A DNA stretch of 64,000 nucleotides from assembly GCA_964304625.1 (NCBI GenBank), contig OZ199838.1:2043129-2107128 (forward strand). Direction: 5' to 3'. A program made the position numbers and the translations under genes. The number at the start of each line of letters is the position of its first letter. The first letter of the stretch is position 1. The DNA is from Kudoa neothunni (lineage: Eukaryota; Animalia; Cnidaria). Shown piece after piece: positions 27,650 through 41,156 of the stretch. The notes beneath the pieces are model-generated. The model saw nothing but the letters and a program-made list of their open reading frames with translations. It ran no database searches and was not told the DNA's origin.

Positions 27650-28080
27650 CAGTTTCCTTCTTTTATCAAAATAAATATAGGGATTGTAAAATCCTTGCCC
27701 ATATAATTCATCACATATGGAAACAACTTGATCGTTACTAATACTACAAACTATTTTATCGAAAATCTTCACAATAGATCTCTACTTCTCTGAATTTGTT
27801 ATATATTTTCCTATTTTATCTTCACGTTGGAATATTTGTCAGAGGTGAAACCTACATATCAAAAGGGAGCAGATTCAAAAGTCATCTTAAGACACTTTCT
27901 GAGGCATTGTTATTTATCTGTTATTATTGTTCATATTTATGTCTTCAGCCAAGGAGAAACAACTGATTCATTTAATAATCATTTGATCGAATCTTTAGAT
28001 TCACCATACGATACATGCACTTGTTATAAGTCAAGCTAAACGAATCTTGTATAGTCGTTATAAAGAAAGATGCGCTAGAA
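27650..28080 (-). mobile_element. MULE transposase remnant (catalytic-core part)
   Basis: The minus strand reads IITDK*QCLRKCLKMTFESAP/LICRFHL*QIFQRE, homologous to IVTDEDRTLRKCVKEAFNAASLIICRFHVNQAFQRE of the MULE at 41157-44836. Boundaries are approximate. Confidence 0.6.
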
Positions 28081-29171
28081 ATAAATATAGATACATCTAG
28101 CATATTTTAGTTTAATTGAAACGTGAGTTAAATAGTACAGTTCTCAAAAAGGGTATTCGCGGAGATTCACACTTTAAATTAACCCATAGATGCAAAATAA
28201 CTAAAAATTTTTGACATATTTTCAACGATTTGGATTAACGAAATCTAACTTATGATCATTTCTGTGAAGGTGTAAGTATCAATCCTGGCGTCCACTTAAA
28301 AATTTCATGGCCAAAAGATACCAACGCCAAATAATTCATTGTCGGAGTCGTATTTTTTTTGCATTCCCAAATTATTTAAATCCCGTTAAAATGTTACCCT
28401 AAACGTTATTTTTGGCCGGGCCCCGAAAGTTTGTGCACCACCGTGTACGGGAGTCAAACAAGTAGAACTAGATATAGAGTTAGAAGAAAATAGACGAAAA
28501 TTAATTTTTATTACTCAAATTGACATCTCTTGGCCCGGAAAGAGCTTAACTAACTTTTTCCCATAAACAGCCACAAATCACGTCAACTTCAACATAAACA
28601 ATTTAAATAATCGGATGTAGTAAACGTACAACCATCTGTATTGAATTTAATCACGTAAAGCTAACTTTAGCGGGCGATTTCAATGAAATCTACGGACGCA
28701 GTATTTCCATTATAATGCTCCAATCAATGTAATTTTAACGTTCTCCGCCAATTCGTTATTCATAAAACATATATAGATTTTTTTGTTATATCTAAAACCA
28801 TCAATAGAACCTTCAAAATGTGTTTATCATGTCAAATACGTTAAAACTCCACAAATAAGGAGCGTAGATGCGCAAAATCCCAAATATACAAGCCAGCATT
28901 ATATAAAAAGTCAGATAATTTCGCTTAATTTAAATTTGATAAAGCATATAAAGGGGAAATTAACTTCAACCGACCATCAGCAGGTCATAAGCAGATGTTA
29001 ATCCTATTGTTGAACTCAAGTAATTCGTTAAACAAACTTTGAAGCGACAAAATCACCATTTTCTAAACACTTCTGGGAACATTCGGTCAAGTAAAAATGA
29101 TTTAAATATTTTTTGAAACATTGTGATTTTGAAAAAATGTCATAAATGTCTCTCTACAAGGAAAAAGTTTT

Positions 29172-29209
29172 GACACACACGGACACTTCAGCTTTATATA
29201 TATAGTAGA
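29172..29209 (-). mobile_element. Helitron-like 5' terminus (related copy on + at 53896-53935)
   Basis: TCTACTATATATATAAAGCTGAAGTGTCCGTGTGTG versus TCTATATATATAAAGTTGTAGTGTCCGTGTGTGTG. This resembles the TC...ATAAAG plus microsatellite 5' ends of non-autonomous Helitrons. A matching 3' hairpin-CTAG was not confirmed. Confidence 0.35.
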
Positions 29210-29399
29210 AGTAGGTATATAGATTCGCAATCATGAAAAACCTTGGTGCTTCCGTAAAATAAAAGATCTTCCACTTCCCTATTACACTAGAAAGAAGACT
29301 TTATTGTTTCAAATATCTGATGGTATAAAAGCTGAAACTTCTCAATGTAAGAGAAGAATCATATGATTTGGTAAAAATTTCCCAGCTTATCCCACGCTA

Positions 29400-30264
29400 A
29401 ATTTTTCGAGCATTCGACTCTGTTTTCCCTCAACAAAAACAACCCACGTATTGCGACAATCAGATCAAGGAATTATTAACGGTGTTTAATACATTTACAA
29501 AAATCATCTGACGAATTATTTGATAAATAAAGGTGCTGTTAATTCCATTAGTATTTTTGATAGCAATTTAAATAATGATCCACCAGATTTACTTGAAGAT
29601 ATGTACACGATGCAAAAAATGTGGAGAGTAGTGAGTGGAGAAACAATCAAAAACTGTTTTAAAAAATCATTCTTGTTAATAATTGTGGATTAGGAGGCAT
29701 TATCCTTTCGATTGGATGTAAATCCCTGGAAAAATTAAACTGAAGGTCGGGTTAATATATAAGAAATTACTTCATTTAAAGGTCCAGAAGGTAAATATGT
29801 TAACTCAATAAGTAATGAAGTTGACGCGATGAATGAATCGTTTACTGATGAAAATTATGAAAAAGCTGGGCATCATTCGTTCCATTAATGAAGTCAATGA
29901 GCATTTAAATAAATTAAGAGAAAATATTTCTTCTCGTGACTTATCTGTGTTAGAAAATAAAACAAAATTGAACCTCTCCGTCTGTAAAATAAGACACGGT
30001 TCGTAAAAGAATGATAAAATATCTGACTATTTAAAAAAATCTACATATTTTCGAATAATCATAATGTATTTATTCGATATTTGTTTTTTTTGTTTAATAT
30101 TCAACTTCTTCTGATTATCTACGAGTTATCATTAATATATGAGAGAAAATGTAATTTTTAAATACAAAATACGACCACGCGCGAGAATGGATACCGCGTA
30201 CTGCAGGGATATTACGTACCTAAAAGGTTTGTCCAAAAAAGTGCGTATTATCCCTGTACTACTG
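29400..30264 (+). mobile_element. pogo/Tigger 3' remnant
   Basis: Residual motifs DQGII, TIKNCFKKS and KISDY. The terminus ...TACTACTG|TA is present. Confidence 0.6.
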
Positions 30265-30657
30265 TATCTTAAACTTTCCAAATTTTGATAAAAGTTTTCC
30301 AATAAGGAATAAATTATAACGCGCCTGCTTATTGGGCGCGCAAGAATATACAAAGGATATATGCAGATTAATATTTGTCAATAAGTAAATTTATAATTAT
30401 TCTAATAAAATATTGCGGAAATATTACTCCTAAAAGTTTCAACAGCCCAGTATATATAAATAATGTTTTTCTTATGCTAATATTATCATTAATGTTTCTG
30501 TTGGCATGTATAAATTGATATAACAAGATATTTTGTAGGTAATGTGGTTGATAAAAATTGTTACGCAGAAAATAAATAATAATGCAAAAAGAAAGTTTTA
30601 GTCATTCTTATAGGAGAAGAAATAATAATAGGTTAAGTAGTAAAGGGGAAAATTAGG

Positions 30658-32819
30658 TTAAACAACGTTAACCGAAGCGACTTCATGGAATGTTGGAAAA
30701 TTGAGACCATATATGATCGCCCTTACCTCGAAGAATCCTTTTTTGTTAGGAACGACATCAAATTTGGCTTTCACAGTTTTTCCAATATTGATTTTTCTAC
30801 ATGGAAGCTACAAATAAAAGAGGAAATAGTAAAAAAAACTTTCGCAGCAGCTTATGCTTGGTAGGGGTGAACTCGATTTCAAGTCTTACGATAACTTCTC
30901 TCAGTTTATAGGGCATAATATTATTCATTCTGACAACGATTCTGGATTGTTGACAAACTTTTATTTCTTTTGGAAGAACTATGTCGAATGAAGGAGTTTT
31001 AAGTGACAGTTGATATGATTGTACCGACATTTTTTCTTTTTCGATGACAAAAGCCTCGACCAGTACCGCACATAAATCACTTTTGACTTTACTGAGGATA
31101 TTTTTGCCATCTACCTTAAAATTCGTGCTACTTTTCCCATCAGCATTAACCGTGACCTTCGTATGCGTAATTTCTCTAGAACGAATATTTGGATGTTGTA
31201 AAACGAAACACTTTATCAGTAGGTCAACTGGCGAATCCGACACCAGTAATAAATCCAAATTCAGGTCTAAATCCTCGCCCATCAGAATATGGTCCTTATT
31301 ATTAACCTGTTGAATTTTTAATAATTTCTCTCGATTAGGAACTTCAGTGTAAGCGCTATCAGCGGCCTTTCTAGCCATTATATCCAACAAGGAACCATCT
31401 GTATATTTGTAGTTTTCAGTGACATCACGTCTAACGTCAGATCCAACTGACTTGGTACTTATTTCATGCCCGACTTCGGAGATTTTGATGTCGAAGGTTT
31501 CTTGTTTACCATTCACAATTCGCTTAAAGACAACATCACCGTTCACCTCACTGAATACGAACCGAGAATCAAAACCAACTTTCAGGTCACCAGCTTTAAC
31601 TGCAGCCACTGGTGATGGTCCCAAAGTGTATCTTCCATCAATACTAGCTTCCTGGGGCGTAGAATCACACACCTGCCATCCGTTATATTTCTCGAAGCCA
31701 CTGCACTCCATGTAGCATTCGTTCCAACAATGGAAGTTCCAAATACTGTCTTTCGTGTGATATCTCAAATAATTGTAATCTTTGTCATAATACACTTCCA
31801 TATCAAGTGTGTCATCAGTGTCATGAAGACAGTCGAAGCATGAAATGACTCTACAACCAATCCCAACTAATCGCATAACTAAACGAATGAATTATTAGAT
31901 TGGATTGTATTGTATGCAGAGAATCCAGAACTATACTTGAACATAACACTGCGGCAAAGGTAAAACATTGTCCATATTTGACTGGTTCCTTTTCTTTCAA
32001 GTACTTTTCAAATATGGCTTTAGAGCCAGTCCAATAGTGAGGAGGTTTGCCATCTGAATATTCTCCGTCCCATCTTCCTTCTAAGATACCGTCGAAATCA
32101 ATATCATTAGTTAGTGTGGTGAGTTCTCTCGCTAAACTAGAAGCACTCGACCTTAATGATTGATCAACATGCTTCAATAGATATAGCAACGTTTCGATTG
32201 CAGGCAAGCTAAATTGATCAAGAGACCAGTGATAAGCGAATATGGAATTGGTACTTCCCTGATAGATAATGGTTTTTGTGTTGAGAATGTATTCTTTCCT
32301 ATCTTCTTGTTCGGGCATATAGACTTCATCATCTGCAAGATGTGTTTTTATTGTAAATTCAGTGAAACAATTGTTTAGGAATTTACTTGGATTCCAAGGG
32401 TTGAATAGCATTAAAAATTTTTCCGACCCTAATTTTCTGTCCCCGCTCATCATTGTAATTTCATAATCGCCAGGTTCGCAATCACAGGGGGTCTCCAACA
32501 AAAATTTAGTTTTTTCATCGGGTAATTTAAACGCTTTTAGGTTCCAATTAGATTTTAAAACATTCGTAGCAGCATAGGTCTAAGAACCATTCACATACGA
32601 TGAGCTACTACTCAAAACTACTATTTTGTTGCTGTCCACCTTGCCATCATTTGCTGCTAGACTGATTCTTATTTTATCCGGATCAATGTCGTTGCCAGCG
32701 TATAATTCTTCTCTCAATAAAAAGGTTAACGTGCCACCTCGACGAATGACAGGATGAGTCCATTCGTAAATAGTGGGCACTTCGATCTCATGTACGGATA
32801 CACTTTCGGCTAAACTCAT
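30658..32819 (-). CDS. Transglutaminase (protein-glutamine gamma-glutamyltransferase), copy A, 5 exons, triad intact
   Basis: Motifs PVIRRG, LFNPWNP/NDEVYM, GILEGRWDGEYSDG..P..WTGS, YGQCF (Cys at 31965-31967), WNFHCW, GWQVCDSTPQE, GPSPVAAVKAG, FVFSEVN, ISTKSVG and YKYTDGS, followed by C-terminal barrel regions. The frame is open after manual splicing. Confidence 0.93.
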
Positions 32820-34574
32820 AACTATCTAATGTCAAGCTTTATAAAATGTTTATCGATAAAGCAATATTTTCAAAACATGTACGACCTCTTCGCCACCAAA
32901 TTCAAATTTATTTGAGATTAATCGATATTTGGTATTTAATAGTGTGAGAAATTTTCACCAAATCGAGAATGCTTATCTGAAACTAAAATAAAAATTGTTA
33001 TTGATGTACTGTTACGCATTAAAAATAGATGTATACGTATGTATCTGATATCTGTAACTTTTAGAAAAATTTTAAGTATTCTCTGTCAAATTCGATTCAG
33101 TTAAATCATTAAATTTTATACTTTTAATAATGTATTATAAACTTTGTTTACCACTAAAGATTTGATAGCAATATTTAGAATGTTAAAAAGAAACATTAAT
33201 GGCATTGTGTTAAGAGCATTTTGATTTGACGTGGAAAAATAAATAATATAATCAAATAATATGTGCCACTAATCATATATTCTACATGTAATTTATTTTG
33301 ATATCTGGTCATATAGCAATCCTATAATATAAATCAAGTTTAATTAAAAAACTTATAGGACGTTACATTTAACATGTAATTGAATAAATAATTAATATGT
33401 CAAATTGACAAATCCATCACCAAGCCCAGATAAAACTATGCTCACAAAATGTAATATAAACGCTCTTTTTTTATGTTATTAACAGAAATGTATCGAGTGA
33501 ACAAAAAAAATAGAAAAAATAATAACATAATTAGAAATATCCATTTTTAACTTCATATTATTAGAATTACGGCGTTTATTCACTTTATATTTATTTTACA
33601 ACTGACCGAAATATGTAATATTTTTCAATTTGTTTAATTTCAACAACTATAGAAAACTTGTGAATCCCAAAGATTATTATTTTTTAAAATGAATGTTTTC
33701 TTTTCATTCGAGTTTACATAACAAATTTGATTAAATACCATTCTATCCTATATAAGGAGTATCAAATTAATTGCGGTAGAGAATACTATATGAAACTTAA
33801 TGTAATCTTCATTTTTCTAATTCATTGTGATTGTATTAGGTATTTTTATTTTACAAAAGAAAAACTTTATTTTATAATCTTATCTATAGTGAATATATAA
33901 ATATAATGATTCATGATTGCAACGTAATTTTTGCGGGAGACAAAAAGGGGTACATACATCTTGGTCTGCATTTAGTATTAATTCATTTATCGGCCCACAA
34001 CTAATATTTCAAAATCTTTTTATATCTAATAATGAATAATCGATAATAAAGCTATAATAATAATTACGTAATTTTTACTTAAATAGTGTATAATTTCTTT
34101 TATTAAAAAAAAACTGCCGAATTTTTTAATAATGACAAGCCCAAATTTCTGTTTACTTGATGAAACCAATGGTGTAACTTATTAAGATGTAGAGCTCTGG
34201 TGTGTCAATGCGGATTCCTAAATTCTCTGGGCGATTTGAGTAAAAGCTTTTTTGGTCGGGAGCAAAAATTCGTCCTTGAAAATTCGCAGAAGCCGCCAAA
34301 TATAATTTAAAACAAATTCTTGGGGAATTTAAATATTTTATGAATCCAAAAACATATGAAACCGATTTGAGATTTCCTAATTTTGGTTGTGGGCCGGTGT
34401 TGATTCACCACTGCTGTAGCCACTTAAGAGCGAGTATAATGCATCCCCTTACCTTTTCTCTTGGTGATATTGTAAGTTCAACCAACAAAACAGCGCCATT
34501 CCGATGCTCACATAACAATACAATATACCCCCTTTAACAATAATTTTTTTGGCTTTATGGATCTTCGAAATGAG

Positions 34575-34813
34575 TTTTTATTATTTAGAGCGACCACGGC
34601 GATTCAAACGTATTCAACCGTCTTGTCTGGCGTTCCACATTGGACCGAGCTATAACTGCAAATTTATCACATTAATAGTGAGCCTACACTCTAAAAACTA
34701 TTTTTATTGCAGAATGCATACTCACATTATAGAAGCATTGTCAGGGGTTAGGTTCGAACTCAGGGCTCGCAATCTGGTGGTGTAGTACTCCAGTCCATTG
34801 TTGGCCATCCCAA
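34575..34813 (-). mobile_element. tRNA-derived SINE-like element
   Basis: Minus-strand head with an A-box-like TGGCCAACAATGG and a B-box GAGTTCGAACC about 35 nt downstream. The body is ~170 nt, with a 3' stem-loop (ACGGTTGAATACGTTTGAATCGCCGT) and an AAATAATAAAAA tail. Confidence 0.5.
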
Positions 34814-36169
34814 GTTCTCTCACGTTGCAGGCACTGATGTGATATTATTTTCGCGAATTTTCTTATATCTTTAAGTGGTTTCAATACATAATTAAAATAA
34901 GAAATAAGTTAATATTTTTATCGTCAGTTTAAAATTTTATCTTAGGTTATATAACTATCCAACCTCTTAGTTTATTCTAAATCAAACGAATTATTAATGT
35001 CGGAATTTCATTTTTTTGGTTAAATTATTACTCTTCATAAATTTATTTGGGTAATCTTTAAATGTATTATCTATACTATAGAGTATAAAATGCCTAACCA
35101 ATGTCTTTTTTTCTCAAAATATGATAGCCAATTTTATTTATGCAGTTTTTTGAAATTTCATACCAAAATAAAAATCGCACAGCACAGCACCGTTATCGTT
35201 AATATTGCTAAAATGAATTGTATTGCATTTGACTGCTCAGAGAGTTGTTCAAATTTGGTTTGTGTGAGGCGAAACACTTATAAATGTTGTTAATACATAA
35301 AAAATAGTAAAGCAAAAACATATTAACTAACAAAAATGTAAATCCTATTTTTACTTTAAAGATCAGTAAATAATCCTAACTGAGGGTGTGGATCCACATG
35401 AACATTTTAAATCTTTAAACTTTAATATATTTTTATTTTATTGTATTAAAAAATCTAAAGTTCGTAATAATAGAGTATATTGTAGTAGTATGGGCTCTAT
35501 TCAGAGCAATTATTATCCACGCCAATAGCCAACGCCATAAATAATTTTCCACGAAGATCGTTCTTTGAACATTTACCTAATTTTTTCAAGTCAAAAAATA
35601 ATCTACACGAGAGGAAAAAATTATTCGACTCATTAGTTTTATAATGTTATATAATCTATAATGATATTTCATTTATCAACAAATTATATCGGATGAAATA
35701 GTAGAAGAATGATGCCATATGGCATCCTTGGTTGTTATCATCCTCACATCCGACATATATAATATTTTTTTAAATATTTAATGCTAAATTATATATAAAT
35801 ATTTTTATTGTTCTATCAAAGTCGTAAATTACCTTTTTCTTATATCAATACAATAATATTTAATTCATCGTTATCAGTTGCTGATTTTTTTATTTATCTA
35901 TATATAAAACACACCCAATAATAAAAATTTTTAAATAATAATAAAAAAAGAGTGTTAAATCATATTGACATAAAAACTATTAAATTTGGCCAGATTTAGG
36001 CAATGGTTATTTCACAGGCAATTAATCTCTAAAACTGACAATAGAATTTGTTGTAATTTTGTATATCGAAATAGCTTCAATGAATATCATTATTTACAAA
36101 TTCGTCGATAAATGTCTACACTATATATTTATCGTGATATAAAAGTGGCTAAATCCGAAATAGAAGTAT

Positions 36170-36480
36170 GCAAATCAATAGGCAATCCGTCCTTGGAAAC
36201 CCTCAGTGCAAGTTTAACAGATCAACCATTTTTGAATTTTCTTTTATTTCATTGTTCATTCTTTGTGTGCCTATTAGTACCACCGAAAGTACATCGATAT
36301 GTAATTTCGTAATAACGAAAAATGGATTGGCTGATTTAGTTATTCTGCTTTTAATACTTAAGAGGATTCTTCCTGGCATTATTACAAGCTAAAATATGAT
36401 TTCTTTTCATAAATATTTATAGCTCTTTCTAATACATCAAAAGAATTAAACTTCACGCCAACGTTAAATAAATTCTGATT
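36170..36480 (-). mobile_element. MULE transposase remnant (N-terminal FAR1-like part)
   Basis: FNVGVKFNSFDVLERAINIYEKK, RYYEITYRCTFGG and KNG*SVKLALRVSKDG align with FIVGMKFNSYDELKYKITQYE, VYYEIRYVCYF and KQGCPFHSSLRASLDG of ORF 41898-42308. Confidence 0.65.
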
Positions 36481-38198
36481 CATCACTCTGGCGTACAAAT
36501 TAATGAGTAACACACACATAATCATGAAACATTGTCGTTATATATTTATAAAACTGTTTAGTATATTTGTGAACGAATACTTTGATTGTTAATCTGTTTT
36601 TTAAGTTAAAAAACCTGTTCACATTCAGTGACGAGTGTTATTTTTGGGTCTTCTATACAACTTATGTGTATATGCTTAAAAATTAATAAGTCAAATGCTC
36701 TCTTTTGATTGTATTAATATATAAATTTACAGTAAATTCGGCCGGATAGTTTTAGAGATATTAATAAGTTAATTTTAAAATAAAATGGTTACAACATGAT
36801 TAAAATTGGCTCGATATTTAAAACCTCCAAGTCTATAGTGAATACTTTTTGGCAGAAAATAAACGTTATAATGATTTCACTATTTGATGAATTGACGTTA
36901 ATTTTACGAGGAATAATCATTACGTCTAATAATTGCTCTTAAAACCCCTTAATTTGAAATGTAAATATATTTAATAATAAAATATAGTTCTATCAAATAT
37001 GAATATTTAATATATAAAAATTTACTTTTTTTCAAACTAACAAATTACGTTTAAAACATTCTTATATCAAGGTTGAATAGTATCTAACCTTATCGATGCA
37101 ATTAATTCAAGAAACAGTTGGATTTATATTAATTAACTGATATATTATTAATTCTACTGATTATCAATTTTTTCCAACATTATGAAATATTCCGATACTA
37201 TCAATTTTTTACTGGTAATTTTTCGAGTAATTACGATATATTCTTGTTATATATTTATGATACCCTCATGTATATGATATAAAACGAAATTATATGACAA
37301 TATTGATCACGTTGGACAATTTCAATTAAATCCATAAAGAACGTATAGTACACCAAGTTTATGGTTGAATTGCTAAAAATCTCGTACATATAAGATTAAA
37401 GCATTAAGATAACATTGCGACTGTGTAATAAAACTAGATTTTAGTGTATCAAATTAGTTACCAATAAAAAGTTGCAAAATATAACAATTCAAAATAATCA
37501 TTTTCTGATATATAAAATATAAAATTTTATCGAAAGCATTGTAAAACAACACATAACTTTTTTCGAGATTACAAACTAAAATAAGATAAATTACCTAAAA
37601 TCTATTATTTCATATATAATGACTAATCCATGTTCAGAAATCTCTGTAATACGTCCTTGTTTTTACTTCATTTAATAACATAATAATCCAAATAATAAGT
37701 TTTAATTTTGGTTAATAAAACTCGGATCAGATATTGAGTTAAAAACGAATAAAAAATTTTTGTTAAGTTATATTGTATTAAAAATAAGAAAACCCATGTA
37801 TATACAGAAATTTCAAATTATGTATTATTATATTTAAATCCAAAAAATTATTATAGAAATACATGCGATATGAAGAGGACCCAACTTTAACCTCGCCGAC
37901 TCTCTACTCATAAATTGTGATATATGTATGAACATAATATTTTGTAATGATATAATTTTTGAATTCATTATTTATATTTAGAACATTTGATTATTCAAAG
38001 ATTCTTATTAACTCAATATAATTCACTTTTTAAGTAGTAAAAATTAACAAGTCTAAAATGTATGAGTAAAGAAAAATATGCATCCAATGTGATTCCACAT
38101 ATTATTATATTATTTGGAAAATTCTAATGCTTTGAAAATCAGAAAACTAGAAGAAATAATGATTAAATACAAAAAAATGAAATACATAGCAATTAAGA

Positions 38199-40350
38199 TT
38201 AAAAAACATTAACATATTTGACCTCTTTGAATGTAGGGATGGAATTCCCATATATGATGGCCTTAACTTCATAGAATCCCTTTTTGTTAGGGAGGATACA
38301 AAATTTTTCACGAATTGGTGATCCTTTCGTTATCTTACTAAATCAATAACTGAATTTTAACAATAGAAATTATTTTCAAGACTTTATACACTTCTTGGGT
38401 ATATTCTCACAAAAATCCACTTTAAGCTTCACAAACACATTCTCCAAGTCGGTGGGAAAAGGATTAACTAAATTTATACATATATGGCATCTTTTATGAG
38501 TTGAAACTTTTTTCGGTAAGATTATATCAAATGAAGGGGTTTTTATGGGGATACAAAAGTTCCTTTTATAAGCTTTTTCTCCATCGACTACAAAAACTTC
38601 CAGAAGCACATTGCATAAATCACTTTGGACCTTTTCCAGTATATCCTTGCTGGCTATTTTAAGCCACATTGTATTGGAATTGTTTTTTTGAAATAAAATT
38701 TTTTTGTTTGATATCTCTTCGGACCGAATATTTGGATGTTGTGTCACAAAACATTTCATTACAACTTCCATCTTCGCACTGGACACATATAATACATCTA
38801 AACGGATATCCAAATCTTCCCCCATCAAAATATGATCCATGTTGTTGAACAATCGAAAGTTAACAATTTCTATGTCATGTTTTTGATCAAACAATCCATC
38901 AGCGTTTTTTCTTGCCATTATATCCAACAGTGATCCGTCGATGTATTTATATTCGTGGGTTATATCCATGCGATGTGTAGATCCCACAGCCTTTGTGCTA
39001 ATGCATTTTCCAATTCTTGCAATTTCAATATCAAAAGTTTCAAATTTAGTATTCTTCCATTTTTTATTAATAACGTCTCCATTTACCTCACTGAATATGA
39101 ATCGGCTGTCATATCCAACTGTAAGATCTCCTGCTTTGATAGCAGCGACAGGAGCAGGACCACATGTGTATCTTCCATCTTTGCTTCTTGTTTGAGGTGT
39201 TCCATCTACAGCATGCCATCCGTTGTATTTTTCTACGCCGGGGCATTTAATATAGCATTCATTCCAACAATGGAAGGTCCAAATGTCATCGTTTGATAGG
39301 TGGCGCAACAAATTACATTCTTCGTCATAATACCTTTCCATATCAAGAGTGTCGTCTGAGTCATATAAACAATCGTAACAAGTTACTATTCGACAACCGA
39401 TTCCGGCCAAACGAAAAACTAAATTAAAGCATTAATTTCAATTATGAAAGAAATTTCTAATATTGTATACGTGAGCACAACAACGCTGAAAACGTAAAAC
39501 ACTGCCCATATTTGACAGGACGTTTTGTTTTTATGTATTTTCTAAAAATCTCTTTTGAGCATGACCAATAATCAGGCGATTTTCCACCCAAAAATTTAAT
39601 CCCCCATTTACCTACCAGAACACCATCGTCGTCCAAATTATTTACCAATGCAGTTAACTCTCTTGCTATTTTATAAGCACACGATCTTAGTGATCTGTCT
39701 ATTTTCTTGAGAAGATATAATAGAGTTTCGATGGTTTCCTTGCAAAATTGATTAAGAGACCAATCATTTCCCCAAATTGAAAAGCTGTAACCTCGATACA
39801 CAATTGTTTCTGTATTCAGTATATACTCGATTCTATCTTCCCCTTCAGGAATATATGTTTCATCGTCTATAAATAATTAAGTAACACTATCAAATTTGGC
39901 GTATCTCTGAAAATTCACTAGGATTCCATGCATTAAATAGCATTAGAAACTTTTGCTTCCCCAATACTTTTTTACCAATCATTATGGTTGCCTCGTATTC
40001 ACCAATTTCACAATCGCAGGGTGTTGTTAAATAATAAACAACCTTTTTCCTAGGCTCCACAGATGATTTAAGAATCCAGTGAGATGTCGATTCCTCTTGT
40101 TGAGTATATAACTAAATTCGATTTTATAACAAACAACATACGTTAATTGTACTATTTGATTATCGTCCAAGCATTTTCCGTTCGCGTGCAAACGAATCCA
40201 TATACTTAAATTGCTTTTTTTCACTACTGGGGCGATTTGTTTTTTCATTGAAAAGCTAAATATCCCACCTCGACGAAGGACAGGATGGGGCCATTCAAAG
40301 TTTTTATTCATATCATTCTCAGGTACGCATATACTCTCCGAAGATCCCAT
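38199..40350 (-). CDS. Transglutaminase, copy B, 5 exons, triad intact, N-terminal MGSSES
   Basis: Same four intron positions as copy A. Motifs YGQCFTFSALLCS (Cys at 39499-39501), WTFHCW and GWHAVDGTPQ. The frame is open after manual splicing. Confidence 0.92.
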
Positions 40351-41156
40351 ACCCCCTAATGATGCGCTTAGATTGCGATGATTTTAGAAATTCTGTGAAC
40401 TGCTTACCTCAATTATAATATGCACTACGATATAAATTACAACATTTTTAATTCTTTATCAAAAAAATGACTAATTTACGAATGAGGAAATATTTTAATT
40501 TCATTTTTACATAAATATATTCGATTATTTTCAAAAAGAGTATTGAACCTTTTAATTGTTTTAGATATATAGATAATAGGATAATTTTTAAGTCATATGA
40601 TTCTGAAATTCATTTTGTTAGATATCATTGCAACAGATTAAAAAACCAATTGAGTGTAGTTTTGATTGTATTTAAATATTGCTGACCCCTAACAACGGTG
40701 GCAATGGACAAAAAATAATAAAATTTAGCGGATTCTAAAAAATAAATGTTCTATATCTTTTATAAATTGGAGTTGTGGGGATGAGAAATAATATTCGCGT
40801 CCGCGCGAATAGTAATTATAAAGCACTAGCTATTGACTCGTAAGTTTTTAATCCAATATGGCTACACCGCTTGCGCAATATCCATTTTTAATCCCAGTAA
40901 CTTCTATTTATGGTCGATTTATAAAGTTCATTATTTAGAATCTGCTGTATTTAATTAATTATTTTTGGACTTAGGGCATTAGCGATGGACCACAAATAAT
41001 CAAATACAGTCAAAACTATTCCTACCTGGATATTGTGATCCGTGTCAATAATCACTTCCTTATTAGAATTAGGAGATGCAACTTTCGATTACAATCGATT
41101 TTTTTCGATTTTAACTGTTGAATCAGAAGAAAATGGCCGGTTTTTATTTTTTTGAT

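Noticed and set aside
31044-31715. Plus-strand ORFs recurring opposite each TGase core (also 38941, 38955, 62157)
   Set aside because: These are antisense shadows of conserved coding sequence with no independent coding signal.
40792-40829. Perfect hairpin ATTCGCG-TCCG-CGCGAAT followed by CTAG, as a Helitron 3' end
   Set aside because: CTAG is followed by C rather than T, and no matching 5' end was found nearby.
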